Shown here: piece by piece, positions 1 to 8,383 of the stretch
Layout: each line of letters starts with the position of its first letter
How positions within the stretch are numbered: position 1 is the first letter of the stretch
DNA from: an uncultured virus (IMG/VR IMGVR_UViG_2904584206_000001)
Lineage: Duplodnaviria > Heunggongvirae > Uroviricota > Caudoviricetes
Virus record (IMG/VR): IMGVR_UViG_2904584206_000001
DNA length: 20,000 nucleotides
Strand: one strand, 5' to 3'
Translations under genes and position numbers: made by a program
Notes under the pieces: model-generated
What the model was told of the DNA's origin: nothing
The model's input: the letters and a program-made list of their open reading frames with translations, nothing else
Database searches by the model: none

Positions 1-15
1 CTTCATGGGATGTCC

Positions 16-486
16 TTACTTGATAACGAGGGCTTTTTCGAAGGCTGACTGCAGCATGCGGCGCACCTCTTCACTTCGATCCCCCAGCGCGTCAACCATG
101 TAGTTCCCGCGCGGCTCGACGCGATTGCTGCCGCTGCCCTTCCCTCCTGCCTTCCGCTTACCGCCAGGCTTGCGCTTGACGCCGTAGTGCAGGAATGCCG
201 GATAGAACTGCTTCATGTCCGAGGTCAACTGCGGTGCCACCCTGACCAGGAAGCCAGACCGCGATACCTTGAGCTTGATCGAGCGCTGCAGCCGACCCGT
301 ACGGCGGCCGGGATAGGCACCAGGCTGGGAGCGCATCGACTTGCCGACCAGCTTGCGCGCGGCCTGCTGGACCGCACGGCCCGACTGCCGCATGGCACGG
401 CGGATCTGTTTCTTGTCGAAGTCGATCTTCTTGTCGAAGCCTTCAAAGCCTTCGAGGTGAAGATAGAAGCCTTGATCCTTTGCCAT
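16..486 (-). CDS. HK97 gp10-like tail/neck protein
   Basis: Basic 156 aa protein with 'PGRRTGRLQRSI' and 'FYPAFLHYG' motifs, directly after the head-closure gene. Confidence 0.8.
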   Translation of the reverse strand: MAKDQGFYLHLEGFEGFDKKIDFDKKQIRRAMRQSGRAVQQAARKLVGKSMRSQPGAYPGRRTGRLQRSIKLKVSRSGFLVRVAPQLTSDMKQFYPAFLHYGVKRKPGGKRKAGGKGSGSNRVEPRGNYMVDALGDRSEEVRRMLQSAFEKALVIK

Positions 487-487
487 C

Positions 488-817
488 TCAGAGCTCCTCG
501 ACTTCCAGCAGGGTGAAGCGCGGTGCGCCGTTCATCGCCATGGACCGGCGCACCCGGTACACCTGGTCGCCATGCACGATTTCATGGTCCGTGGTGATGC
601 CCAAGATCCGCCGCAGGAAGATGCGATGAGTCACCTTCTCCTCGATCTGCACGCTCCCCGCATAAGTGGCAGCACCCACCGGTTCGATCTTGGCCCAGCG
701 GCGGCGCTGGCCCCCAAACTCATGCGAGAGTTCGGCATCGGCCAGCGGCAGATCCTGTCGGTGACGGATCTCGATCCGGCGATTCAATTCGCCGGCCATC
801 GGTTCATCGAGCGCCAT
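488..817 (-). CDS. Phage head closure / head-tail adaptor (SPP1 gp16-like)
   Basis: 'AGELNRRIEI...WAKIEP...THRIFLR' pattern; ATG at 817 overlaps the upstream TAA. Confidence 0.85.
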   Translation of the reverse strand: MALDEPMAGELNRRIEIRHRQDLPLADAELSHEFGGQRRRWAKIEPVGAATYAGSVQIEEKVTHRIFLRRILGITTDHEIVHGDQVYRVRRSMAMNGAPRFTLLEVEEL

Positions 818-1161
818 TACACCCCCATGCACTTACGATACGGTTGCAGCAGGGACAGTGATCCGCGCGGCAACTCGAAGATGTCTCGCACTGCCACCAC
901 GTCCGAGCGATGTTCATAGAGGTGACCGAGGATCAGCAGGATCGCCGCCTGGATGGCAGGATTGACCACCATGGGAGCTGCGCCTGCCGTATCAGCGGCG
1001 ACGGCTACCGCCATCGCCGCTTCCGACTCGAACACCTGCCGATTGAGAAACTCCACGGCGGTCGCTTCAGCCGCCCCCAGGTAGATAGCGATGCCGGCAT
1101 CTTCATCGACCTCGTCTACCTTCAAGTGCATCTTGGCGACATCAAGAGAGACGAGGGACAT
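817..1161 (-). CDS. Head-tail connector (HK97 gp6-like)
   Basis: 'VSLDVAKMHLKVD...IQAAILLILGHLYEHR...LLQPYR' family signature. Confidence 0.9.
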   Translation of the reverse strand: MSLVSLDVAKMHLKVDEVDEDAGIAIYLGAAEATAVEFLNRQVFESEAAMAVAVAADTAGAAPMVVNPAIQAAILLILGHLYEHRSDVVAVRDIFELPRGSLSLLQPYRKCMGV

Positions 1162-1164
1162 GGA

Positions 1165-1608
1165 TCAATCCTCCGCGCCACCACCATTGCCGGCATCGGA
1201 CTCAGCGCCAGCAGACGGAACTTGGTCGCCCTTCGTACCGTCAGCGCCCTGTGCAGACGTCTGCACAACTTCGCCCTGCTGCCCACCTTCACCGACTTGC
1301 GCCCCGTCGGCCAGATTGCCGGCACTCGCGCCTGCTGGCGGCGCGTTCAGCTTCGTCTCACCCACAGGCGCGGGAGGCTGAGAGCCAGCTGCCGAAGGCG
1401 TTTCCTTCTTGGCGCGACCGGTACGGGCGGGCGCGGTGCCACCTTTAGCGGGTGCAGCCGGTACAACGGGCTCGCTGGCCACGCGCTTCACCAGCGATGC
1501 ACGCTCCAGCTCGGCCGCCACGGCTTCGGGAATCGTGGCCTCCTGACCCTTGCGCAGATCGAGGCGGCCATGCATGAGCGACTGAAGCGCAATAACTTTC
1601 ACATCCAT
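1165..1608 (-). CDS. Hypothetical virion-associated protein with a short folded N-terminus and a low-complexity A/G/P tail
   Basis: AGGAG SD before the ATG; lies between the capsid and gp6 genes. Confidence 0.7.
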   Translation of the reverse strand: MDVKVIALQSLMHGRLDLRKGQEATIPEAVAAELERASLVKRVASEPVVPAAPAKGGTAPARTGRAKKETPSAAGSQPPAPVGETKLNAPPAGASAGNLADGAQVGEGGQQGEVVQTSAQGADGTKGDQVPSAGAESDAGNGGGAED

Positions 1609-1671
1609 TGAATTCTCCTAAGCCGGCACCTGACGGCACCGGCCTTACGTTGAGAGATAGACCAGCGGCGA

Positions 1672-2979
1672 TCAGGCAGCCGGCGTCAGGTCACCCTTGA
1701 CGAAGGCTTCCGGACGATAGTCCGCCAGCGCCAGGCGCTCTTCGGCCAGGATCGTGACCAGGTTCTTCACGAAGTCGTCTTCGTTCTGCGTCGCGATGGT
1801 GACGCTGGCCTGCTCGCGATCGAAGATTTGCGCGCCCATCTTGAACGCACCGACCAGGAACTCGTCGAGGGTCATGGACTTGGTCGTGACCACCGGGCGG
1901 CCCCACAGACCCGGCTGCGCCGTGGACTGCGGATTGGTGAAGATGTAGGCACCGGTGGAGTCCTTCTGCAGCTCGATGGCGGTCCAGTCGGCCGGGTTCA
2001 GCACGATGCCAGTGGACGGATATTCCGCCAGCTCTGCCTGCAGCAGCGCCAGGCGCAGCACATCGATGCGCGTGGGGTTGTTGATCACGATGGGCGCGGA
2101 GTACTGGCTGGCCTGGGTATAGATACCATTCAGGTTGTTGCCGATGCCGGAGCCCTTCAGCAGCTGGGCTTCTTCGATCAGCGCCAGGCCGTAACGCAGG
2201 CGCGTATCGATGATCGATTGCAGGGCCGGGAAGTCGTTCATGATTTCCGACGAGGCCTTGATGAAGTGGGCGATCTTGGCCACCACCGATTGCGCCTCGG
2301 TCATCGTGATGCTCGACTCGGGCTTCTTCGTCCCCTCGGCGACCATCCCCGCATTGTTCACGAAGCCGGTTTCCTTGATGTACTGCACCAGGTTCGAGGA
2401 GGTCCGGCCCGGCGACAACAGGTCGCGCACGGTCAGGCGCTGTTGCGGCAGAGTCACGATGCCGGGCAGGCGATCCGGTGCCACGGCAGCGCCGGCACTG
2501 TTGGCGGCGCTGGTGACAGCCTTCACCTGGACGGTGATGCTCTTCTTGAAGTTGCCTTCCTTGACGTATTCCTTCAGTTCATCGGACTCGACCACCTGGC
2601 CGCCGATGGATTTCAACTCGACCGATGCAGGGCCAGTGGCGTGCTTATCGAGCTTCTGTTCCGTTTCCTGCAGGCGAGCCTGCAGCTCACCTTGCTTGAC
2701 CAGCAGTTCATCGACCTTTTTCTTGGTGTCTTGCGACAGCTCGCCGGCCTTCTCGGCTTCCTTCAGCGCCTTCTCGCCGACTTCCTTCACCTGGTCGCCG
2801 ATGCGCTTGAGTTCCTTCATGATCGGTTCGGGGTCACCCTCGAACAGGATGCCACCGGTGCGCACCATGTAGATGAACAGATAGGCGTGCAGGAACTCGC
2901 CGGTGTAGGTGATTGCTGCGGCCATCTTCTTGGAGATAGCCGCGTAGAGTGCGCGAACTTGATTCATAGTTTTCCTCAT
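1672..2979 (-). CDS. Major capsid protein, HK97 fold
   Basis: N-terminal coiled-coil delta domain; 'VAEGTKKPES', 'LWGRPVV' and 'FVKNLVTILAEERLAL...RPEAFV' motifs. Confidence 0.96.
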   Translation of the reverse strand: MRKTMNQVRALYAAISKKMAAAITYTGEFLHAYLFIYMVRTGGILFEGDPEPIMKELKRIGDQVKEVGEKALKEAEKAGELSQDTKKKVDELLVKQGELQARLQETEQKLDKHATGPASVELKSIGGQVVESDELKEYVKEGNFKKSITVQVKAVTSAANSAGAAVAPDRLPGIVTLPQQRLTVRDLLSPGRTSSNLVQYIKETGFVNNAGMVAEGTKKPESSITMTEAQSVVAKIAHFIKASSEIMNDFPALQSIIDTRLRYGLALIEEAQLLKGSGIGNNLNGIYTQASQYSAPIVINNPTRIDVLRLALLQAELAEYPSTGIVLNPADWTAIELQKDSTGAYIFTNPQSTAQPGLWGRPVVTTKSMTLDEFLVGAFKMGAQIFDREQASVTIATQNEDDFVKNLVTILAEERLALADYRPEAFVKGDLTPAA

Positions 2980-3644
2980 GGATTGAAATTGAAGGCTTGC
3001 AGCGAAGCCAGGATGCCGCCGTCGGTGCCACCGGACTCACTCCGGTCAAGCAGGGTCTTCAGGCCGCGACTGGCGACAATCGTGGCCTGACTCTTCGAGA
3101 ACCCTGCCTCACGCAAGATGCCCTCGAATTCGGGGAGGCTCGGCAGCTTCCCGCCATGCAGGCGGGACTTCACGCTGTCGATCAGCGCCTCGGTATTCAT
3201 GGGGAAGGTCACCGCGCTCACCTCCAGGAGATCGAGCTCCTTCAGCGAGCGGGTCCGCTCTTTCTCGTTCCAGCTGTCGTCCAGGACGTAGTAGCCGATG
3301 GACAGCCCTTTGACGATCCGGCGCTTCATCAGGGAATGCGCCTGCGCGGCCAGGGGGATATCGTCCTTCAGCAGGAAGCCCTTCACGCGCAGACCGCGCT
3401 CATCCTCCTCCAGCTCGTCATAGCCGCCGATGGGCTGCGTCTCATCGTGCTGCCACAGCAACGGCAACGGGTCGCCAGAGGCTTTCAGCCTCGCGAGGCT
3501 CTTGGTGAACGCACCCGGCATCACGATGTCGCGGCCGAGATCCACATTGCCGAAGATCGAGGCATAGCCACTGAAAGTGCCATCGTCCCTCACTTCGTCC
3601 GCAATGAAGGGAACGCGCTTGCGCGCCATAGTCTTGAAGCTCAT
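2976..3644 (-). CDS. HK97-family prohead protease
   Basis: 'FSGYASIFGNVD', 'LLWQHD', 'GLSIGY' and 'LLEVSAVTFPMN'; true start MSFKT overlaps the portal stop (ATGA). Confidence 0.95.
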   Translation of the reverse strand: MSFKTMARKRVPFIADEVRDDGTFSGYASIFGNVDLGRDIVMPGAFTKSLARLKASGDPLPLLWQHDETQPIGGYDELEEDERGLRVKGFLLKDDIPLAAQAHSLMKRRIVKGLSIGYYVLDDSWNEKERTRSLKELDLLEVSAVTFPMNTEALIDSVKSRLHGGKLPSLPEFEGILREAGFSKSQATIVASRGLKTLLDRSESGGTDGGILASLQAFNFNP

Positions 3645-4945
3645 GGTTCTGTCACCTTGTCTCGTGAAAGCCAGGCGTTCAGTGCCTGGCGAACCTGGGT
3701 AGCGCCATCGGCACCCAGGCCCAGTTGGTCGATAGGAAGGAGATTCGATTGCACGGTCAGTGCATCGGCCTGGCCACCATGGACCGGCAAGTTCTCCAGT
3801 CGCCGGCACTCGTCGCGGGTCATGATCCCGTTCTGCACCATCTGACTGTAGAAGGCAGCTCGCGCTTTGCTATCACCGCGCAGCAGACCTTCCAACGAGA
3901 TCTCTGCGTAGTAGCGGCGCTTCTCCTCCGGCCGGAGCAGATCCTTCCGGATGGCCTGCTCCAGCTTGACCGCCCACGGCCGCATGGCGAGCGTCACCAG
4001 CCAGGTCATCTTCTCTTCCAGGCCGGTGCCCCAGTTGCTGTCCTTCCCACCGTGGCCGACCAGCGAAGGGTCCACCCGGTACCAGCGGCAGATCTCCTCA
4101 ATGTTGAATTTGCGGGTCGACAGCAACTCGGCGTCTTGCGGGTTCATCTTCAATTGCTGGAACCCGGCCCCCTTCTCCATCACCATGACGCTGCCGGTCT
4201 TCTGCACCTTGTCCACGTGCTGACGGATGTCCTCCCGCTGCTCTGGCTTCAGCACCGAGTCCATCATCACCAGTCCGGGCGACTTGAGCCCATTGGTGAA
4301 GGTCTCGGCGCTTGCCTTGTCGGCGGCCAGAGCGGCACCGAACACGTTGGCACCAAAGGCAATCGGCGACAGGCCGTCGATACCGTTCAACGTAAAGGCC
4401 GGCACCTCCCACTGATTGGCGGGGGCGATGACGCGAGACGTTCCGAGAATCGGATCGTTGTAGTGCCACTCGTAGACGCCGGGCGCAATGCGCCGCCGAG
4501 AGATGCACTCCGGGACCAGTGGGATCAGCGAGGTGATCGTGCGCCCTGCCATCCGCTTCTCGACCCTGGCATACCCGTGCAGCAGCATGCTGGCCATGAA
4601 GACCTGCCAGAACGTCGAGGCGGTCATATCTGCATTCGGCTGGGTATGGATCAGGTAATACAGCTGATGATCACTGGCCGCGATGGGCGTACCGTTCTTG
4701 TCCTTCTCATACAAGCCGAAGGGCAACGTCGAGATCACCTCGGATAGCAGGCGAACGCATGCCATTGCCGTGCTCAGTTGCAACGTGGAATTCACCGTCA
4801 CGCGCTGGCCTGAGAAGTTGTTGCCCAGCCAGCCGCGCCAGAAGTCGCCATCCGTCAGCTGGATCTCTCGACCAAGCCAGCCAGAGACCGCGCCGGCCAC
4901 CGCCGACTTCATGCGGCGGGGCCATGTTTGCTTATCTGTTTTCAT
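3641..4945 (-). CDS. Portal protein, HK97 family
   Basis: 'ACVRLLSEVISTLP', 'GIDGLSPI', 'NPQDAELLSTRKF' and 'GLLRGD...NGIMTRDECRRLENLP'; start MKTDK overlaps the terL stop (ATGA). Confidence 0.95.
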   Translation of the reverse strand: MKTDKQTWPRRMKSAVAGAVSGWLGREIQLTDGDFWRGWLGNNFSGQRVTVNSTLQLSTAMACVRLLSEVISTLPFGLYEKDKNGTPIAASDHQLYYLIHTQPNADMTASTFWQVFMASMLLHGYARVEKRMAGRTITSLIPLVPECISRRRIAPGVYEWHYNDPILGTSRVIAPANQWEVPAFTLNGIDGLSPIAFGANVFGAALAADKASAETFTNGLKSPGLVMMDSVLKPEQREDIRQHVDKVQKTGSVMVMEKGAGFQQLKMNPQDAELLSTRKFNIEEICRWYRVDPSLVGHGGKDSNWGTGLEEKMTWLVTLAMRPWAVKLEQAIRKDLLRPEEKRRYYAEISLEGLLRGDSKARAAFYSQMVQNGIMTRDECRRLENLPVHGGQADALTVQSNLLPIDQLGLGADGATQVRQALNAWLSRDKVTEP

Positions 4946-6678
4946 GCAATGATCGGATTCTTCAAAAAGTCGTCCAGGTCGCCGGAGTCCTCGGGTTCTC
5001 CGAGCGTCCCGCCAACCGCCATGACCGCCGCGACCATGCCATCGACACGTCCCGTCGCCCTCTCCTTCGCGATCTTTCGATTGCCCGCTGGATCGGTCAG
5101 CAGAACCGCGTTCGCTGCGCACCAAGTCATCACGGGATTGCCGTCATGGCGCAGGCGCTGATCGAGCAACATCCGTTCGAACTCATCGATGGCCGGTGCC
5201 ATGTCCTTGAAGCCCTGTCCAAACGGTAGAAGGGGTGGCAATGCCACCCCTTCTCGGTTGATCAGATGCTGGAAGTCTTCCAAGCGCCAGCGATCACAAT
5301 GGATCGCCCGTAAATCGAATGATGCTGTCAATGCAGCGGCCCGATTAAGCACCGCGAGACGGTCCACCGCCCGGCCAGGCAGCGCTTCCAAGTAACCGGC
5401 ATCGCGCCACACCAGATAAGGAACCCGATCCTTCTCCGCTTTGACGTGCAGCCCATCACCCGGCAACCAAAAATACGGAATGATCCGAGTAACCGGATCT
5501 TCCGGCGTGGGGTCCAGCGCCAGCACCAGTGCGGTCAAGTCCTGCGTGCTGGACAAGTCGAGACCGGCCACGCCGGCCCGGCCGTAGTACGCTTCCAGCG
5601 GCTGCTTCTCTTCCTCCTGGCAGGCGAACCACACATCTGCCGAGATCCACGGGCTATCAGCCTCGGTCCACTGGCAGAAATTGAGGCGGCGGACAATGGC
5701 CTCTTTCGAGGGCATGCCGCGAGCATCGGTCACCTGCTCACGCAGGTATTTCAAGCCAGGAATGCCGACCGACAGACTCGGATTCGCCTTCTCCCAGCAG
5801 CTCTCATCCTGGAACGGATCGTCGCCAGGATCGAGCGAGCAAATGAAGGCGAAGAGACTGTCATTCTCTTCCGTGCCAGCAACGACCTTGCAGCCGTACT
5901 CGTGATAGCTCCAGCAGACCGACCGCTTGTCGGTACCGGAATTGGTGATCATGAAGATCAGCGCCTGCTTCCGGCTCTTCGTACCGGCCCGCATCATCTC
6001 GATCACCAGCGGCGACTTGTGCTCATGCACCTCATCGATCAGGGCCATGTGTGGCCGTGGGCCGGACTGTCCATCGTCCGCACTGATGGTGCGGAAGAAA
6101 CTGGACGTGGCGTGGTACGCCAGGTTGAACTCCTTGCCTTTGCTCCCCGAAGTCACCAGCCGCGCCGCCAACTGGGGCGACTGTTCATACATCGCAATTG
6201 CGTCCCGGAACAGGATCTGCGCTTGTTCTTTCTTGGTCGCCGCCGCGTAAACCTCGGCGCGCTGCTCCCGGTCGGCAGTCAGCCCGAAGAGACCGACGCC
6301 CGCCGCGAGCGGTGACTTGCCGCTGCCCTTGGCCGTCTCGATATATGCCACACGGAATCGGCGCAGACCATCTGGGCCCATCCAGCCGAACAAGCTGGCG
6401 ACCACGAAGCACTGCCAACCGATCAGCAGGAACGGGCTTCCCTCAAAGACGCCGCCATTCAGGCAGAGCACTTCCTCGAAGAAGGCGATGGCGTGATTGG
6501 CCGCTTCCAGATCCCAGCGTAGGCCGCGCTTCTTCCCTTCCTTCAGATCGCGCAAGTGCCTCTTGCAGGCATTGCGCACGTCCGGGCCCGCCACCAGCGT
6601 GCCTTTAACAACAGCACGCGCGTAGGCGGTCGCTCGATCAGTCGCTGAAGAACTTGTTCGCGGTTTCCTTGGGCTCAT
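4942..6678 (-). CDS. terL: Terminase large subunit
   Basis: Walker A 'TAKGSGKS', Walker B 'ALIDEVHEH', nuclease motifs 'GLDLSSTQDLTA' and 'RVDGMVA'. Confidence 0.97.
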   Translation of the reverse strand: MSPRKPRTSSSATDRATAYARAVVKGTLVAGPDVRNACKRHLRDLKEGKKRGLRWDLEAANHAIAFFEEVLCLNGGVFEGSPFLLIGWQCFVVASLFGWMGPDGLRRFRVAYIETAKGSGKSPLAAGVGLFGLTADREQRAEVYAAATKKEQAQILFRDAIAMYEQSPQLAARLVTSGSKGKEFNLAYHATSSFFRTISADDGQSGPRPHMALIDEVHEHKSPLVIEMMRAGTKSRKQALIFMITNSGTDKRSVCWSYHEYGCKVVAGTEENDSLFAFICSLDPGDDPFQDESCWEKANPSLSVGIPGLKYLREQVTDARGMPSKEAIVRRLNFCQWTEADSPWISADVWFACQEEEKQPLEAYYGRAGVAGLDLSSTQDLTALVLALDPTPEDPVTRIIPYFWLPGDGLHVKAEKDRVPYLVWRDAGYLEALPGRAVDRLAVLNRAAALTASFDLRAIHCDRWRLEDFQHLINREGVALPPLLPFGQGFKDMAPAIDEFERMLLDQRLRHDGNPVMTWCAANAVLLTDPAGNRKIAKERATGRVDGMVAAVMAVGGTLGEPEDSGDLDDFLKNPIIA

Positions 6679-7153
6679 TGGGGAAGAGCTCCCCTTGAGG
6701 AGCGTTGACGTTCAGGCGCATGCGCGCCGATGGGTTCAGGCCGAACGATGCGCCGGCGGTCCGCATCCGATCCTCGGCGCGGTTCGATATCTGCATCCAG
6801 ACGGACATTTGCTTGTAACCACTGGGCGTCATCTCGGAAAAACCTTGCTCGCCCAGCTCGGTGATCTTCTCGCGGGCGCGCTTCCAGTCGCCCCAGGCCT
6901 GGCAGTACACCGCCAGTTCGGCCCGGTCGACGCGGGACAGCAGCCCCATCACGAGCAGGTCTGCGACGATGCGATTCCATTCTTCGCGCGCATCCTCCGA
7001 GAGGAACGCGGGACACTCGGGTGGCGCAGCCGGTGCGACGACCGGCCGGCCCGCGCCAGCCAGTTCAGCCGCGCTTTTTTTACTGCGATTGCCGCCAATC
7101 AGATGCAATGCTGCTGGGATCGGCTTGCGGCCAGAGTTGGAATTGCCAGCCAT
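6638..7153 (-). CDS. terS: Terminase small subunit, P27 family
   Basis: 'GRKPIP...PECPAFLSEDAREEW...LAVYCQAW...FGLNPSARMRL'; AGGAGG SD. Confidence 0.93.
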   Translation of the reverse strand: MAGNSNSGRKPIPAALHLIGGNRSKKSAAELAGAGRPVVAPAAPPECPAFLSEDAREEWNRIVADLLVMGLLSRVDRAELAVYCQAWGDWKRAREKITELGEQGFSEMTPSGYKQMSVWMQISNRAEDRMRTAGASFGLNPSARMRLNVNAPQGELFPNEPKETANKFFSD

Positions 7154-7169
7154 GCTGACCTCCTATGTC

Positions 7170-7310
7170 GAGATACCCCCCTCCCATATTTCCCGCTCTG
7201 AAAAAAAACGGGAGGCGAGCGGTGTGGGAGAGGCGCGGCCGGAACTTTCGACCCGCCCCTGGCCCATTTTGTTGTAAAAATGCAACTTTTATTGAAAAAA
7301 TGCAACGTTT
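7170..7310 (-). other. Probable cos packaging region
   Basis: Non-coding gap upstream of terS and downstream of the HNH gene; - strand reads GGGGCGGGTCGAAAGTT...CGCTCGCCTCCCGTTTTTTTT, a layout typical of HNH-dependent cos phages. Confidence 0.6.
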
Positions 7311-7360
7311 TGTGCACCAGCCCGCAACCCAAAGCCGGGCGCGGCTTTCCGGGCGGCTCT

Positions 7361-7606
7361 CTAGCCCTCTGCCACGGCCAATGCAACTGGCGGCATCGAA
7401 CCACCAAACACAACCAGACCGACCGGCTTACCGGCAACCAGCAGCGCGATCTCTTCTTCAGTTGGTTGCCAATACGAGATCACGACCTGTTGCCCGTTGA
7501 TCTCCGACCAGGTGACAGGTAATGCATCGCAAGCGATGCGCTCATGGTCCCAGTCCACTGGCGCACCGAGCATGCCGTTGTTACTTGGATGTGAGGTGAA
7601 ATTCAT
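7361..7606 (-). CDS. Hypothetical phage protein (81 aa)
   Basis: ATGA overlap with the HNH stop; 'LGAPVDWD...CDALPV...SYWQPTEEE' looks like a real folded protein. Confidence 0.75.
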   Translation of the reverse strand: MNFTSHPSNNGMLGAPVDWDHERIACDALPVTWSEINGQQVVISYWQPTEEEIALLVAGKPVGLVVFGGSMPPVALAVAEG

Positions 7607-7911
7607 TTCCGGTTCCAATGATGGTTTCGATCTAAAGGCAGGCCGAATTCATCGCAGCCGCGCATGACACCGCTCTTCTCCATTTGCTGCTTGATCGAGT
7701 CATGGCATGGCTTGCATAAGGACTGCAGGTTCGTTGGGTCGGAGAACTTTGCTTCGTCACCGCGATGCGGCTCGATGTGGTCAACAACGGTGGCCGCGGT
7801 AACGCGGCGTTGCTCCGCGCAGAACTGGCAAAGCGGTTGCTTCTGAAGCTGGTGATAACGCAACCGGTACCACGCCTTCGTCCCATAAAGATGTCTATAA
7901 GCTGCTGCCAT
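7603..7911 (-). CDS. Terminase-associated HNH endonuclease (HK97 gp74-like)
   Basis: 'PLCQFC...ATVVDHIEPHRGD...NLQSLCKPCHD' motif; located upstream of terS. Confidence 0.93.
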   Translation of the reverse strand: MAAAYRHLYGTKAWYRLRYHQLQKQPLCQFCAEQRRVTAATVVDHIEPHRGDEAKFSDPTNLQSLCKPCHDSIKQQMEKSGVMRGCDEFGLPLDRNHHWNRK

Positions 7912-8128
7912 TGCTCGGCAACTGTTCAACGAATTCGCGTGACAAATCGATGTCAAGCGAGACACCCACAAAGGTAATCACTGCCTCAATCTCGCCTTCG
8001 CTGGTTATCGGTCGCAAGTCAATGCGCGTCACCCCAGGAACGACCGTACCGTCCGGCATCACAACCCGCGTTCCCATTCCACTACCATCGCTCACAATCT
8101 TGAGCTTCTGATCGTTCCACCTTGCCAT
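7895..8128 (-). CDS. Hypothetical protein (77 aa), first gene of the late operon
   Basis: GAGGTGG SD before MARWNDQ; beta-rich sequence; overlaps the HNH start. Confidence 0.65.
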   Translation of the reverse strand: MARWNDQKLKIVSDGSGMGTRVVMPDGTVVPGVTRIDLRPITSEGEIEAVITFVGVSLDIDLSREFVEQLPSNGSSL

Positions 8129-8265
8129 GACCACCTCGACGATGAAGAGCGCCGGTGAACGAAGCTTCCGGGCCGGCGCGCTGATTCGGAAAACTGAAAA
8201 TAGAGACATCTGCAGTTCGTTACTGGTGGCCGCGTATGGCGGCGGCCTCGCCAATAATTCAGGCG

Positions 8266-8301
8266 AAAAAAAACCGCGCAGCGGATGCTTGCGCGGTTTT
8301 T
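8266..8301 (-). terminator. Intrinsic terminator (tR'-like; possibly bidirectional)
   Basis: AAAAACCGCGCA-loop-TGCGCGGTTTTTTTT on the - strand. Confidence 0.85.
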
Positions 8302-8329
8302 ACGGACTTGTGACGTGTATCGGATTGGG

Positions 8330-8359
8330 ACTATAAATTGCACCGATTTATGCAGTCAA
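8330..8359 (-). promoter_or_regulatory. Late promoter (pR'-like)
   Basis: TTGACT-N18-TATAGT immediately downstream of the putative late regulator and upstream of the terminator. Confidence 0.7.
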
Positions 8360-8383
8360 GCGATTTCTGTGGAAAAGTAGATT

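Noticed and set aside
3645..5125. Extended N-termini of the protease (3809) and portal (5125) in the ORF track
   Set aside because: They overlap upstream genes extensively; ATGA-coupled starts at 3644 and 4945 fit better
910..6608. Long + strand ORFs (e.g. 1828-3090, 2997-3845, 3725-4747, 5446-6315)
   Set aside because: Antisense shadows of GC3-biased structural genes, with no motifs or RBS
7328..7351. Hairpin AAAGCCG/CGGCTTT after the 81 aa gene
   Set aside because: Short stem with a weak U-tract inside the late operon; not supportable as a terminator
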